From NCBI RefSeq assembly GCF_006345805.1, contig NC_042999.1, positions 31,496,001 to 31,560,000 on the forward strand: DNA of 64,000 nt. The letters run 5' to 3'. Positions 1-13,558 of the stretch are shown in pieces. This stretch comes from Octopus sinensis (taxonomy: Eukaryota). Below the pieces are notes generated by a model, which worked only from the letters and a program-made list of their open reading frames with translations, was not told where the DNA came from and did no database searches. Position 1 is the stretch's first letter; the number at the start of each line of letters is the position of its first letter. Both the position numbers and the translations under genes were made by a program.

Positions 1-136
1 TTGTTGTCAAAGTGGACCACCGAAGCAGTTGAATACATTTACCTGTGTGAAATAAAATCTCTTTAACAAAATCTACTTCCTTCATGGAACATGACCTTAA
101 ACTTATAAGGAGATGTCAGCTAATAATAATAATAAT

Positions 137-1450
137 GGTTTCAAATTTTGTTACAAGGGCAGCAATATTGGGGAGAAGGGAAGAAGTCTATTACATAAAA
201 ACTAGTTTTGAACTTGTATTTATCTGAAAGGCAAAGGCAACCTTCGCGGAATTTGAACTCGAAACGTAGCGACAGGTGAAATACAGCTAAGCATTTTGTC
301 CGGCCTGCTAACGTTTCTGCCAGATCACCGCTTTAATAATCATTATAATCCTCTCTACAAGAGACACAAAGCCTCAGATTTGTGGCGAAGCGACAAGTTG
401 ATTACATCGACCCAAGTGATTCACTGGTACTTAATCTATCGTCCCCGAAAGGATGAAAGACAAAGTCAACCCCGGTGGTGTTTGAACACAGAACGTAAAG
501 ATGAACGAAATACCGCTAAACATTTTGCCCGTCATGCTAATGATTCTGCTAGCTCGCTAAAGTAATAATAATAATACTAATACTAATAATAATACGCTAA
601 GCATTTCGCCCGGCGTGCCGGATTCTTTCAGATTGCCGTCTTAATAATAATAATCCTTTCTACTTTTGGCACAAGGCCACCATAATAATGATAATAATAA
701 TAATAATAATGATAATAATAATACATTATATTTCAGGCACATGGCTTAAAATTTGGAGTTTGGGATTTCAACAATTACAACGGGATAGTGGACTTACATG
801 GAATTTTTATTCAGAAAAGTAAACCCAAAAGCTCCACCAAGTATTTTGCCCGGCGCGGAAACGATTCAAACTGTTCGTCGTCCTTAGTAATATATTTTTG
901 CTTTCTACAATAGACGCAAGACATGGAATTTGTGAATGTGTGTTAGTCGATTTCATTGTCTTCAGAGCTCAACTGGTAAGTATATGATCGGCCCCGAAAG
1001 AACGAAAGGCAATTCGATTTGGGTGGAGTTTGAGCTCGAAAATTAAGACCTGAAGCAATGCTGCTTAAAACATTGTCTATCATGCTGATGATTGATAATT
1101 TAAAATTTGGCTACATGTCCAGCGATTCTAAGGGAAATGCATTAGTTCTAAGGAAAATGCATTAGTCTTTCACCGCCCCCTCACATCGTTGAACCAGTAT
1201 TTATTTTATTGACTACGAAAGAAATATTGGTAGTATTCTTTTCTAATCTAGGCAAAAGGCCCCATATTTTTGGGGAGGAGGCTTGTCGATTAGATCGACC
1301 CCTGTACGTAACTAGTCCTCAATTTATCGCCCCGAAAGGATGAAAGGCAAAGTTGACATCAGCGGAATTTGAACTCAGAACTTAAAAACAGACGAAATAC
1401 CCTAAGCATTTCGCCCGGCGTGCTACAGTCTCTGCCAGCTCGCCGCCTTT
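137..1450 (-). mobile_element. Cluster of about 7 co-oriented full or partial tRNA-derived Meta-domain SINEs, mostly separated by (AAT)n tracts
   Basis: Repeated motif cccgaaaggatgaaaggcaaagt(c/t)gac...ggaatttgaactcagaac...gcatttcgcccggcgtgct...ctgccagctcgccgcctt (reverse complement of tRNA head plus Meta domain) at about 137-334, 349-562, 590-642, 730-885, 900-1090, 1100-1220 and 1240-1450. Confidence 0.85.
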
Positions 1451-1549
1451 AAGAATGGTAATTTTAACTTCAGTACCACTTCAAATCAAAACGCAGATGC
1501 TGAAAATTACTACCATACCTACTACTACTACTTCTGATAATGATGATGA

Positions 1550-1965
1550 TCTTTTTTATTGGTAAGAAGGGCCGAACACAACACAAATAGGGATGATACA
1601 CACGAGGGACATATAGGCTTAAGCACAATATTGGTGAGCCAAATAAATAACAAAATCTGTTAGTAGCAAAATTTAAAGAATAAAAACAATGAAATTACCC
1701 CTAAGGGGAGACGCTCTTCAGGGTTAACCAAGTACCTCCACAAAGTTTGGTTATCCTGTCCACCAACAACACTCCAGGCTGGCATCTCACACTTCTCGGC
1801 ACTTCAGGCCTACAAACGCTTGTTCACGGTGGGCCCGTTTACCAGGGTCATTCTTGCCGCTTTCGCCCGCCTTTTAACAAAATTTCTAGAGACCAGTACT
1901 TCCCTTTGTACCCTCACTATCCATTTCAAGGGAAACTAAAAAGATTCGGGGGGTTCTTAACGTTT
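1550..1965 (-). mobile_element. Probable 3' end of a Tx1/L1-clade LINE
   Basis: Minus-strand translation FPLKWIVRVQREVLVSRNFVKRRAKAARMTLVNGPT resembles a Tx1-type ORF2 C-terminus; followed by 3' UTR and a simple-repeat tail. Confidence 0.45.
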
Positions 1966-3349
1966 GATTTCAGAACTGGAAAACATATAAAACAAAAAAA
2001 AAATAATAATAATAAACACAAATTATAGAAAAACGATGTTCCTGAGCAGGCAAGCTTTATTAAAAATAATTTGAATAAGTTTTAAAAAATAACCATGAAA
2101 ATCATTTTAAGAAGTAGATATATAAAACAATTATGAATGCATGTTTGCAGAAGTGCTTGCAAGCTTGGGTTCGAGCATTTTATGTCTACTGTTCATGTTG
2201 CCGTTTGAAGCACTCAAATGTGCCAGTGAGCATTTGCTTCAGATGAAGAGAAGCAACTCACGTCCTCTAAAGTGCCCCCGCTTAAGCTTGTGCTATTGCT
2301 TGTAATAAGAGTTTCACGCACTATATTCTATTCTTTATAGCTTCGTACGGTTATTACGTTTTGTAACTAACCATCACAATAAATGTGATCTTTTCATTTT
2401 ATGTGAGGTAAATGTCATATCTTCTTCTGAAGGGATAACTATCACTCGTTATTGTGGCTGATTTCCATTGAGGATTGTCCTTATTTTCGAGTAATCTAAC
2501 ATCTACGCTCTTCGCGGTATCTCCGGAAGGCTAGAAATATGTGTCTCTGTTAACATCATTTCGTGCTGGACACAAGACGCTTGAGTGACGCTGCCAGTTA
2601 TGTCACAATGTCCTTAATAGTATCATAGAAAATAGGGTGCCTGCTCGTTGAGTTTCCATGAACGAACAAGATGTTCCTTTCTTCGTCATTGCTGGCAATG
2701 TCACAACTGCTGTTCTGGGAAATAGGACTGATGTTGTACTTGCTGTTGCGCCTATATCTTATCCTCCCTCACTCCTTCACACTAGCCCATGTTAGCTGTA
2801 AAACTGTCCGTCAATCTCTTGGTTAGTTTCACGTAGTGTGGGAGGGCAGATGCACACATCACTGTCCATGAGATAATCTAACTACTTGGCAATATTTTGT
2901 CATGAAGGTGAGGGTGAAGCAAAATTCAAAGTCGTTTCCAGATCCTTGTATCTGACCAACACATTCTGTCGTTTCGTGTAACGTGGCAAACGTATATGAG
3001 CAGTTGTATATTGCTCTTGATTGATCTGTTTATTTCGTCTGTCATAATCCCGAAACTACGAATAGAGAATCATAGAATTTACACCAGTTAATCAAGGTTA
3101 TTTTCTTCTAAGCTTTGGCTAACACTACTTGTAACTGGTGTTTTGTTACAGCAAGAAAATCTCACATATTGTTCCTTAATACCAGTCAGGAAAAAACATC
3201 GTGATGCTTGGTTACACAACTTTTCTTACTGATCTCATTTATGCTAAAACATTCTTCAATTGTTGTTGCTAGTAACGATTGAAAACGAAGACAACATACA
3301 AAAAAAAAAAACATTCTGACTTGATACCACTTTCATTGAGTGGATGAGT

Positions 3350-3358
3350 GTTTGTGTA

Positions 3359-3405
<47 letters not shown>

Positions 3406-3465
3406 GTGGGTATGTGTGCGTTTGCATGTGTGCGTTGTATGAGTATATGTGTGTGTTTGTGTGCA
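3350..3465. repeat. (TG)n microsatellite
   Basis: Direct reading. Confidence 0.95.
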
Positions 3466-3874
3466 TTCTGTTGTAATCATTAATATGGTTACTATTTGTT
3501 CCATAAAGCATCATGTCAGTATGTTTCTCTCACGCTTGTCTTTTAATGAAAACAGTTTCTGTTTTGATTTTGTCACATGTATCTACTTTTTAGGCATTTT
3601 GCATTTTCTGTTATCGTGGCAGATGCCATTAAAAATAGTTTCTGTTGAGAAAGCAAAGGCTACTAAAAATAACACGCCATTTCTTTTATTTTGGTAAAAA
3701 TATCGTCTGAAACTAGCTTAAGGAGTCCTGCTATGTTGATTTCAGACGAAGGAAATAGTAATTTTTTCTTTATTGGAAACGATAGAGCATCTCATTAGCT
3801 GCTAACAATACTACTACTGTTATTCATTCTCTTATTATTACTACAATGAATAAAGGGAACCAAATATTAATAAT

Positions 3875-4053
3875 TCTTGCAAATTTTGCTACAATACCAG
3901 CAGTATAAGTAGGTGTAACCGATTACATTGATCCAAATATTGTACTTTAAACAAAGGTGACATTAGCAACGTTTGAATTCAGAGCGCAAAGATTTGGAAT
4001 ACATGCCTCAGGATTATTATTTACGAAGCTCTAACAATTCTGCCGGGTCGCTT
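3875..4053 (-). mobile_element. Degenerate Meta-domain SINE
   Basis: cgattacattgatcc...caaaggtgac...tttgaattcagagc...ctaacaattctgcc matches the copies at 137-1450. Confidence 0.55.
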
Positions 4054-4249
4054 TATTTTGCAGACTGACATACAAAATATAAAACGTTTAACACAGAGGG
4101 CTTACAGAAAGGTATGTTAAAGGAGACACAAGTTATATAAAAATGGAGGAGCACGTTCCAAATTTTATAAAGGCGTGCAAATAATAATGTAGAACGATTA
4201 ATGGAGAATACAACAATTCAGACAATAATTTGATGAAGCCATAATACGA

Positions 4250-5215
4250 AACAAATATTTAAAATCGAGCACTCCAACACGATTGAGCCCCCGAAACTGT
4301 TGGTTCCAAATGAAGCAAAGCAAATTTCATGTTGCGATGGCACATGACCGAAGAAAGATCAAGTTTGTTCTCTTATAGAAGTTTTCGTTGAATTATTTTC
4401 TGAAGTTATCCTCAGCTCTAACCTTTAAGATGATTGTCAAAATTTGACTGAATTAAATTACGAGTAAAATTATTCGCTTTACTGGAAGTCGTAATCGAGG
4501 ACTTCAAATCCAAATCTGTCCGCCACTGTGCGTTCATAACTTGCTTTTATCTAAACTTGCTTTAAAACATTCTGAGATCTTTTATTAACATTGCAGATCC
4601 GACTAGCATTGTTTTCAAGATAGAGTAGCATCCTAAATGCGGAATTGGCAGTCTTCCCACATCCGACCAAATTTACGATAATCCCAGGAACCTACTTGAA
4701 TGAATGAAAATTTTCCACACATAATCATCAAATACGTCTTGCCAAATCCACAAGAAACATTATGCAGATCTAAAAAACCTGTGCCAGTTGACTATAAGTT
4801 ATTGATTCTGGAAAGTGTTTTTGTTTCCGTTTAGATCCTCGAGAAACCTCTTTTCGTAGGAATAATATTCCTATTATTGTATATTGTAGCTAGTTCCCTA
4901 AAGAATATCGTGACTATGATATGTCAGTTGTAGTTTGTACAGGAGCTGACAGGCGACATTTTGTAAATCCTTTTTCAATGTGAATTTCGCAGTTTTTTCA
5001 ATGAAGATATTAATACTTAGTTGTATATGGTAACAATAAACAATAGCTGTGTGATTTTGTTATTCATGTTGAACTCGATACCGTATGCATTTTGTTATGT
5101 GTTCCTGCTTAGCATGCCAGAATGAATCATGACTGGCTTTCGAACAAACGCCGAGGATGTTAGAAAAATATCTTCTAACTTTCTTCGAGGATATGTGTGA
5201 CACCTCTCGCATGAA
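4250..5215 (-). mobile_element. Degenerate Helitron RepHel (Pif1-type helicase) relic
   Basis: Minus-strand motifs in the expected order: MREVSHISSKKVRRYFSNILGVCSKASHDSFW (like LEEA..SPKQLRxLFAxIL..C.P..LW), Walker A-like GFGKTYL, IVNLVGCGKTANSAFRMLL (like GIAATLLPGGRTAHSAFKLPL), CNVNKRSQ, FSQILTI (like FRQILPV), LNRVGV; many stops and frameshifts. Confidence 0.7.
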
Positions 5216-5271
5216 ACTGTTCCTATCTCTTATATTCGCTGTTAAACGTTGCACTAATTTGTACAGACATA

Positions 5272-5655
5272 CTGGTCTCAAATTTCGGCACATGACCAGG
5301 TTTCGGTTGAGGGGTTAAGTTGATTGGAGTCAGCCCTTTGTCCAACCTCTATCGAATGTAACGTGAAGTCGACATAAGTCGAATTCGAACTTAGAAGGTA
5401 TAGACGGACGAAATGTCACTAAGAATTTTGTCCGGCGTGCTAACAATTTTGCCTGCTCATCGCCTTCACTTGTACGAATATATTAATTTAAAATTTTAGT
5501 TATGAACAACAAAATCAGGGGAGTGTTTAGCCGATTGCATTGACACCAGTGCTCAACTGGTACCTATTCTATCGATCTCAGCGGACTTTAAACTCAGCAC
5601 AAATAGATGGACGAAATGACCCAGCGAGCTAACGATTCTTACTGCTCGCTGCCAT
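5272..5655 (-). mobile_element. Two degenerate Meta-domain SINEs in tandem
   Basis: gaagtcgac...ttcgaacttagaagg...tttgtccggcgtgctaac...cgcctt, and cgattgcattgacaccagtgctcaactggtac...gctaacgattct. Confidence 0.7.
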
Positions 5656-6204
5656 GCGTCGCAACAACATATTAAACAGTGATTTGGGAAAAATGGAGTG
5701 ATTAGAAACAGATTTGGGAAGATGGAGTGAGTTGAAACGATGAAAGTTTTATATTCGGTTGCTCTATTTATTAATGTTCTTCGAAAAGTACGAATTCCAG
5801 ATGCCATGGATGATGCACGATAAATCAATATGACATCACTTCACGTTTGAATATTCAGGTATCGCATGTTGTGAAATGGCATGTAAATTTATATGAAAAT
5901 TTGAAATTTATTCATTAATTATAAAAGTTTTAAATCCGATTTATAGATCATAAAGTATGAATATTTTAGAAGCAAAAGCAAATATAAACGAGAATCAATG
6001 GAAGAATAAATATTTTCTGATTTCGATAGTATTCGAAAACCTGTATTAACTTTTCCAGCATATATTTTATTATTGGTTTCATCGAATAGGTGTGGCCATG
6101 TCCGAAAACGCCATTAACTATCGCATCCCTATGCAAATAAGCAACACCTCTCCAAAGATGGATATGAAATTTTGTGAACTAAATTTTCAGCATAACGATA
6201 AGTA

Positions 6205-6266
6205 TACATATATGTGTATGTGTGTATGTATAGATACATATACATGCATTATACACATTATATATA

Positions 6267-6364
<98 letters not shown>

Positions 6365-6680
6365 ATATACATTACACACTCACTCACACATACAGACACA
6401 CACACAGACACAGACGCACACATATATAGATATAGATATTAAAAACGAAGGGAATAAAGTAATCTGAATGTTGCAAATTATTCATATATTCGAATTTGGT
6501 TCATATTGTTGGAGTTGCCGTCTTCTCACCACGAATATTCTAAATGTTATCTAATTCTATCTTCATCTTCAATAATTGGAAATCTATGTCTCTATATATG
6601 TCTGTCGCTCTGTTCTCTGTCTCTCTCTAGCTCTCTCTCTTCCTCCCTCTCTCCCTCTCTCGCTCTCTCTCTCTCTCTCC

Positions 6681-6713
<33 letters not shown>

Positions 6714-6735
6714 CATATATATAGATATATATATC
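6205..6735. repeat. (TA)n/(CA)n and (CT)n(TA)n microsatellites
   Basis: Direct reading (6205-6430 and 6600-6735). Confidence 0.9.
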
Positions 6736-8199
6736 AATGCTTCTTAACGTAAGAGATTGTTCATTGAAGAGGAAACTATATCATTTAGGGCTGAATGAAA
6801 CAGGAATTGTGAATGACATTATTTCCGCAAATATTTATATATTTGCTTTCTAATTTTAACAGATTCATTTTCATTAAAACTGTTAATAATCTCCAGTTGC
6901 TTATACGTACGTTGCAGTTCGATCAGCGTTGCGTCCTTCTCTCTATATCTAGGGTTTAGTAGGTCGGCTCCTGACTTTTGTTTGATATAACCTTTCAGAG
7001 AAGAACAAAGCATATTATCTGCTTGCATACACGTATAAATGTTAAGACTGGAAGATTGCCGTCGGCAACTGAACTATAATTTTCCTGGATTTCAATGTAG
7101 TTGTCCTTATTTCTATCAAAGAGCCTGAATGGTAACTGCATTAATTATTTCTGAAGACCGATTTAGGCTTTCGAATGTTATTTTGTTCCATTGGTTTCTT
7201 CTTTTAGTTTCATCTTCTCCAAGCGACATTTTAAGTTTGATTTGCTAACTGTCGTTTAAACCACCAGTGCAACAGATACAGCAAGAATATCGTGATAACA
7301 CCACATGGTTAATGTATTTATATATCAGCCACAGCATAGGAAGCCTATCAATTGCGGTCAGTACAGCAGCTTATAATGGTTAAGAAGAAACAAGTCTATG
7401 CTTATGATTGATGGATGACATTTTCATGTTCTGTTTTGATATGTAGGCATACCTATAAGTAATTTAAATTCTCTTTCATTTACAGAGTATACTTTATTAG
7501 AAAAATGAAGCTGCGTGCACATTTGTTTATAAATATCTTCTCATTTCCTGTTTTATGCAATATATAAATATTTTATGAAATATTATGAAAAGGTCTTTAA
7601 CCGCATTATGTATTTTTTAGATTAAGATAATATGGCGATGTTTAAGTGATTACAGAACAACTTTAAAGATAATCTTCTTCACAAGGAAATATTTTGCTTC
7701 TGAAAGAATGGGAAACGTACAACATGGAAGAGATATATTCTGTTGAAATTTACTGATGCGAGGTGTTTAGGAACTGCGGATAAGGAGTAAGAAAATAAGG
7801 TTATGTGCGTTACAGATGATGACTATATGGTTAATGATGATGACTGATGGTTAATTATAGAGGTATTAATGAGTGCTACAAATAATTACTGTGTTAATGA
7901 TACTGATTATTATGTGTGATATAGAAACGATTCTGTGGCTGATATAAGCGGTTGCATGTGTTACAGGAAATGACGCTCGTAATGATGCAAGCACTTTAGA
8001 AAGGCACAGGGTATGACTGTATTGACTGAAAAATCTCTGAAAGGGAAATAGGTAAATGAAAATATCCTCTTCTCAAAATTCCCCATAAGAAATTAGAGCG
8101 TATGATGTATCAAATATGTTTTTTTTTACTTCCCTAAAATGGACCAACTAAAGCTACTCCATCATCTTATTTTGTAATGAAAAATATTGTTTGTAATAT

Positions 8200-10255
8200 C
8201 TGGTTCCTATAAAATTACAAGCACATTTAAGTCAAAGCATAGTAATCATCAAATTACTCATCAACATTTATGGCAACGGAAACAATTTCTGATAAATAAT
8301 GAAGAAAAAAAATCTGAGATTGAAATGCGTATTTATCTTGCTAACCTTTAAATAACACAAATGGACGTGAAAGAAAATTAAAAGCTATAGACGGAGGTTA
8401 AGAAAATTACCAAGCTGTGTTTGAAAATCATTACCAGTCTGCTACGTAGTGGAAGCAAGTTATGGATAATGTAGTGCAAACTTCTTTATCCAAAGGAACA
8501 AGAATATTTTTGATCGGCAATGTTTGCCAAATATCTGAAGCATTAGTTGATGGCAAAGCAGTTGGAGTTACGATTTTTTCTTCGGTGGTTTAGTGAAACA
8601 GTAAACATTATGAACGATGCATAAGTCATTGTATATTGTCTTTTTAAGAAAATTTGCGAAAAATTTTGGAACAACACTTTTGTTTGCGTCTTGGAGTGTA
8701 AAATACTGATGAATTTTATTCATGCAGAACTGAAGATCATTTGAGAAGAAAAATTGTTACGGTTATTACAGATGGTGATTTAGCTATGAAACAGAAATTT
8801 TAAGTAATTGCTGCCTGCACCCCACGAAGCAGTATTGTTACTTTTACGTTATTGTTTATATCGCAAGAACTAGCTGCATAGCAACTGAGTAACAAAATAC
8901 ATGTTGTAGTGACTAGAAATGTGAACAGGAAGAATTATAGCAGCATGTGATGAAATACTCAATGCGATGGGCCTACAAGAGAAACAGGTGTGAATGCTTT
9001 TTGAATTATTTAATGATAAGATTTGTCAGATCAGATAATCCTCCTTCATTTTACGTTTAGATTGCTGTCACAGAAAAAAAAAATCTTTGAAAAAATAATC
9101 ACCAGGTGGGGGAGATGGGGGTATCTTTTATTACAGTGATGCGAAAGCGATGCATTTCAATAATGAATTTTAACTGGCCACCTTGTAGTCGAATAAATTA
9201 CTTCAGGTTTTAAACATTTAATTAGGCTTAGTTAGTCGCTTTAATGTAATGGAAAGGACATATTTAATGTCTTGCAAAATAAAAGCCATGAAAATGAAGA
9301 TCACCCTCTGGCATATTAATATTGATAAAGACGATTTCTTAAATTTCACACATTTGCCAAGTTTACTAAAAGAGTGTTTTTATTCGCATGAAAACAGGCT
9401 GATATGAGAAAACGCTGTAGGATAATTTCTCATTTGCCATCCTTACTCTCTAAAACATGGTAAAACATTTTCCAAAGAAGTGTGCGCAGGGACTTGGAAA
9501 ATCTGATGTGGATAATCAATCCATTTCGTGAACAGCAATCGAATCTAGCAGATTTCGGGGAAACGTTAGCCGTGTTGATACCTCTTCAAAATGATTTCAT
9601 TTAAGATGTTCTTTGACAACGAATGTTAATGGTTTACCTTATGGGATGTACTTAGTTTCCTTGAATGAACATCGATTGCCTTCAAGTGCTTTGAAATACT
9701 GGCACAGAAAACAACACATTCTGCCGGAACAAGTATTTTCAAACAAGGTAGAATGAGAAGAAAAGTGGAAGACTCGTGAAGGTGTTGTTATGCCGGTTGC
9801 TTTGGAGATGGACATTACATTATCGGTTTTGGGGAATTGTCGCAGAAGCTCACTCGACACGTATTGAACAGTGATAAAAATACATGCAATTTAGTGTAGC
9901 ATTAACCCGTTTGTTGTTTATGTTGTCAACTTATGCCCAAGCAAATACTATTGTCTCCAAAATTCCAATTCTAAAATTTACAAAAGATACGTAAAATAAA
10001 CCTCCTAATAGATATATTTGAACGTATGTTTACCATACATTCAATTTTAGTTCTTATATGTTTTAGAATATTAAAAAACAGAATAAACACTTAAAACAGG
10101 TGTTAATTATGCCATACAAAAAAACAAAATTGATAAACGAAGGAGAACAAAAAGAAAAGAAAGAGAATATTGTGTCGCAGGTGATACAAAACTAAATTAA
10201 GAAGTGCAGATATGTGATAATTTTCATATTTTATTAAAACGTGTAGGAAACACTG
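8200..10255 (+). mobile_element. Highly degenerate hAT (Buster/Charlie-like) DNA transposon
   Basis: Remnant motifs in order: ETVNIMNDA*VIVY (like DESTD..AQLLVY), VITDGDLAM (like CTDGAPAM), a CxxH-region-like segment ending QELAA, LLHFTFRLLS (like LLHTEVRWLS), WIINPF, FSNK...MPVAL dimerisation tail; right end gtgtaggaaacactg is the reverse complement of a CAGTGTTTCC-type TIR; left TIR not found. Confidence 0.65.
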
Positions 10256-10489
10256 ATATTTGATACATTTTGTGTATCATAATTTAAATACGTCAAGATG
10301 CATATATATTTGACATCATGTGCTTATTACATTAATATGATGCTTGAAACACTATAATGTGATATAGGTTGTATAGTATTAATTGCATTCATTTCCTTTA
10401 GATTAAAAAAAAGACAATAACTACAGCGGTTGAAATTGAGGAATCCTAGATGAGTGGATGAGAAAGTATAACATCTGAATACTTTTTGA

Positions 10490-10660
10490 TGGCATGTAGT
10501 TTGTTGTCTAGCGGGTTCAGCTCATGATCACAGTGTCTCTATATTTCGATTTCTAGATGAGACCGCCGGTTTGCCCGTGAACAAAATAATTAATTTCACT
10601 TTGTTTCACTCAACTGTGAATGAGTACCAGCAAAGCGCTGTTGGAGTCAACTCGTCCTTT
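10490..10660 (+). mobile_element. Old tRNA-derived SINE remnant
   Basis: Degenerate A/B-box head (ttcgatttct) followed by cactttg...cactcaactgtgaatgagtacc. Confidence 0.4.
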
Positions 10661-13558
10661 AGCCGTTCTATCCTGAATATTCCCCCAAGACTCTGGCGAG
10701 AAGGTCAAGGGCCTGAGATTACAAAATCAACTGAAACAACTAAAGAATGCAAAGTACATGTTTCCAGGTCATACTCGATCGCAAATGACAGCTGGCTATA
10801 ATTAACTCTACTGTGCTGTCCTTCCAATGTGTTTATCACCTTCTGAGAAAGTGTGCATAGATTTAGTGGAGGTTTCGTCAGTCGTGAACGGAATTAGTGA
10901 TTGAATTCCGTCTCGCGAAATTAACAAGCTAGCAGTTTGAGTATTTCGCAGACTCGTCTGCTGTTAAAACATTACTCAGTAGGTAAAAACCAGTTCAAGG
11001 AGAGAGAGAGAGAGAGAAAAAGAGATAGAGAGATAATCGAGTCCACTAGTGCATGGATTTATTTAACAACTCCCAAAAGATTAAAAGACAATGTTAACTT
11101 CAGTGTAATTTGATCACAAAACAGAGTGCCAGAGCGAGTAAGCAAGCTATTTTGACCGACACTTTTATGACTGTACTAACTAGCTTCTTTTATATAGACG
11201 CAGACAACTCTTAGTAGGTGTGGCTATATGCATGTATCTATCGATAAAGTAATAATGTGTGATATTTTATTTATGTAAATATTTTGAACAATTTTCAATC
11301 TTAAAATTACACTTGGTTCGTTTGTACTGATTAGCCCCAGGCCATCTTTGATAGAACACACCTATGTTGTAAAGCTTTCAAGTTATCACCATCCTAACTT
11401 TTGTCACACATACTGTATCTCTCTTACACTTAGACAGATAGTTTGAAAGGAAATAGAGAGGAAAAAACTCTCAAACTAGATAAAAGTAGACAGACATGAT
11501 TTTAAAAAATCAGTTGGTTAGAAATTCTGAAAAATAAAGAAAAATGGATTTGCAAAGAAGTTATTGATATACAACGTAAAATAGAATAAAAAACAGGTGG
11601 GTAGGAAAATAGAAACCGAATGAATTAGATTTTGGTGGAGCGAGAAATAGTATTATGGAAAGTATTGAGATATAGATCGCGAGGGAACGAAATAATGTTG
11701 AGTTTTGTGAGTGAGCAAGTAAAGTGTGAACAGTAGTGAGAGCATGAGAGAAAACAAGGAGAGGAGTCAGAAATATTGTAGAAAATTAGGAGAGTGATTT
11801 TCTGTTTGTATTGAAGATATTGAGAGAGAGAGAGAGAGAGAGAGATGGGGGAATGAAAGAATTATTGAGCTGAAAAAAAATGAACAGGAATAAAAGTTAA
11901 TGTTATAATTCAATTTTTTTTAGCGTAAAAATACGTGTAATATTTAATAAGAGAAAATATGTTAACAAATAATTAAATATTGCAATATTTGAAAACAAGA
12001 TTTCGAGTTATGAATTTAATATATATTAAAGATAATAGTCACAGTATTTGATGGTTACTTGTATCTTGGATTTATCTTCATTTTATACTGTGCTAGTACG
12101 AAGTATTAGTGAATTTAAATGGACATAATGCGAATATATTGGTCTCATACGTTACCATTGGTTCATTACTCAGCAATATTTACATGTACACATAAACTCT
12201 TATGTTTACTTTGTTATACACATATAAATACGCATACATACATACGTATATGTTGTATATGTGTGCCCATGTTTGTATGAAACTGTAGAATCTTGCATCG
12301 GATAAATGTGAATATTTTATACGTTGCCAGATATACAAATAGCGGAATCTTGTGCCACGGGTACAAGCATAATTAAGTAGCTTGCACATGTGTGTGTGTG
12401 TGTGTCTAATATACATTCTATTTAGATGATTAATTATAATGAAAATTTATAATATACTCTATTGTATATATAGGCCCTAAAAGATACAAAAATAATTTAA
12501 GTTCGAAATAAAAACAGCGGAAAACATTATTAAAAAATATTATGAGAAGTTTAAAGGAAACTTAAAAAATGGTTTAACAATATTGAAATGTCACCAGAGA
12601 ATCCCTCTAACTTACAAACTATTTTTCCAAGCGAACCTATAAAAAGGAAAATGTCACACATTCGTTTAACCATGCTTGCAACTTCTACAGAATTTATGAA
12701 GCGGTAGCCAGCGGCCACGATCAAAGTATTAGTGCTCCTCACTAATAAATTATTCAGTACCTCTGCTCTAATTATTTATTAACAATAATTTCAAACCTAT
12801 TAACAGTACCAACTCATATTATGTCTTTATTCAGATCTACAATAACGGAAATATCCCTTTCTAAGTCTGCATACGAATCGTTTGAATCCGAATTCAAATC
12901 CTGCCTAAGTCGGTTCTGATTTTATCTTTTCTGGTTCAATAAAGTAAAGGACACAGTAATGTTTTGGAGTCGAAGAGTACGACTAAATTCTTCGTCAGAA
13001 AATTAAGAATATTTTAAAGGAAATCAGAAACTCTTCAGTGAAAGCTATATACCAGCAGCATTCCGCCAAATACATGTGGCTATTTTCCATATCAGTGCCT
13101 GAAAAATTGGTGTAATTATATGCATCGTTGGGAGGGAGATTTAGCGATGAGATATGGCTGGTAAGCGGTGAGCAAAGAGCTGTCATAGATGAGAGGCTGT
13201 ACATCGAAATCACATGATCTGGCATTTTCGGCGCTCATTGCAGACAGTTATCGTCTACCAACGATATTTTTGTGCTTTTATACACCACAAGCCATTGTGA
13301 GAACCCCACTCATGTCGGAATCCGAAGTATTCGGCGTTATAACAAAACATCAACATCAATTTAGATAAAGTCGTACCCTTTTGGTATTAACGCAGGTTAA
13401 TATTGTATCACTGTATACAGATACATACACATATCCTACATAACGTTATACATATTTAACTTGGATCCCCAAGCTGATGTTTTCTACTGGGATATCGATC
13501 TACAAGGAATTATGCATTTATGGACGATATAAAATATGTAAAGAAAGCATTAGATATA

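Noticed and set aside
6819-7028. 69-aa non-repetitive ORF
   Set aside because: No recognisable motif or exon signals; length expected by chance
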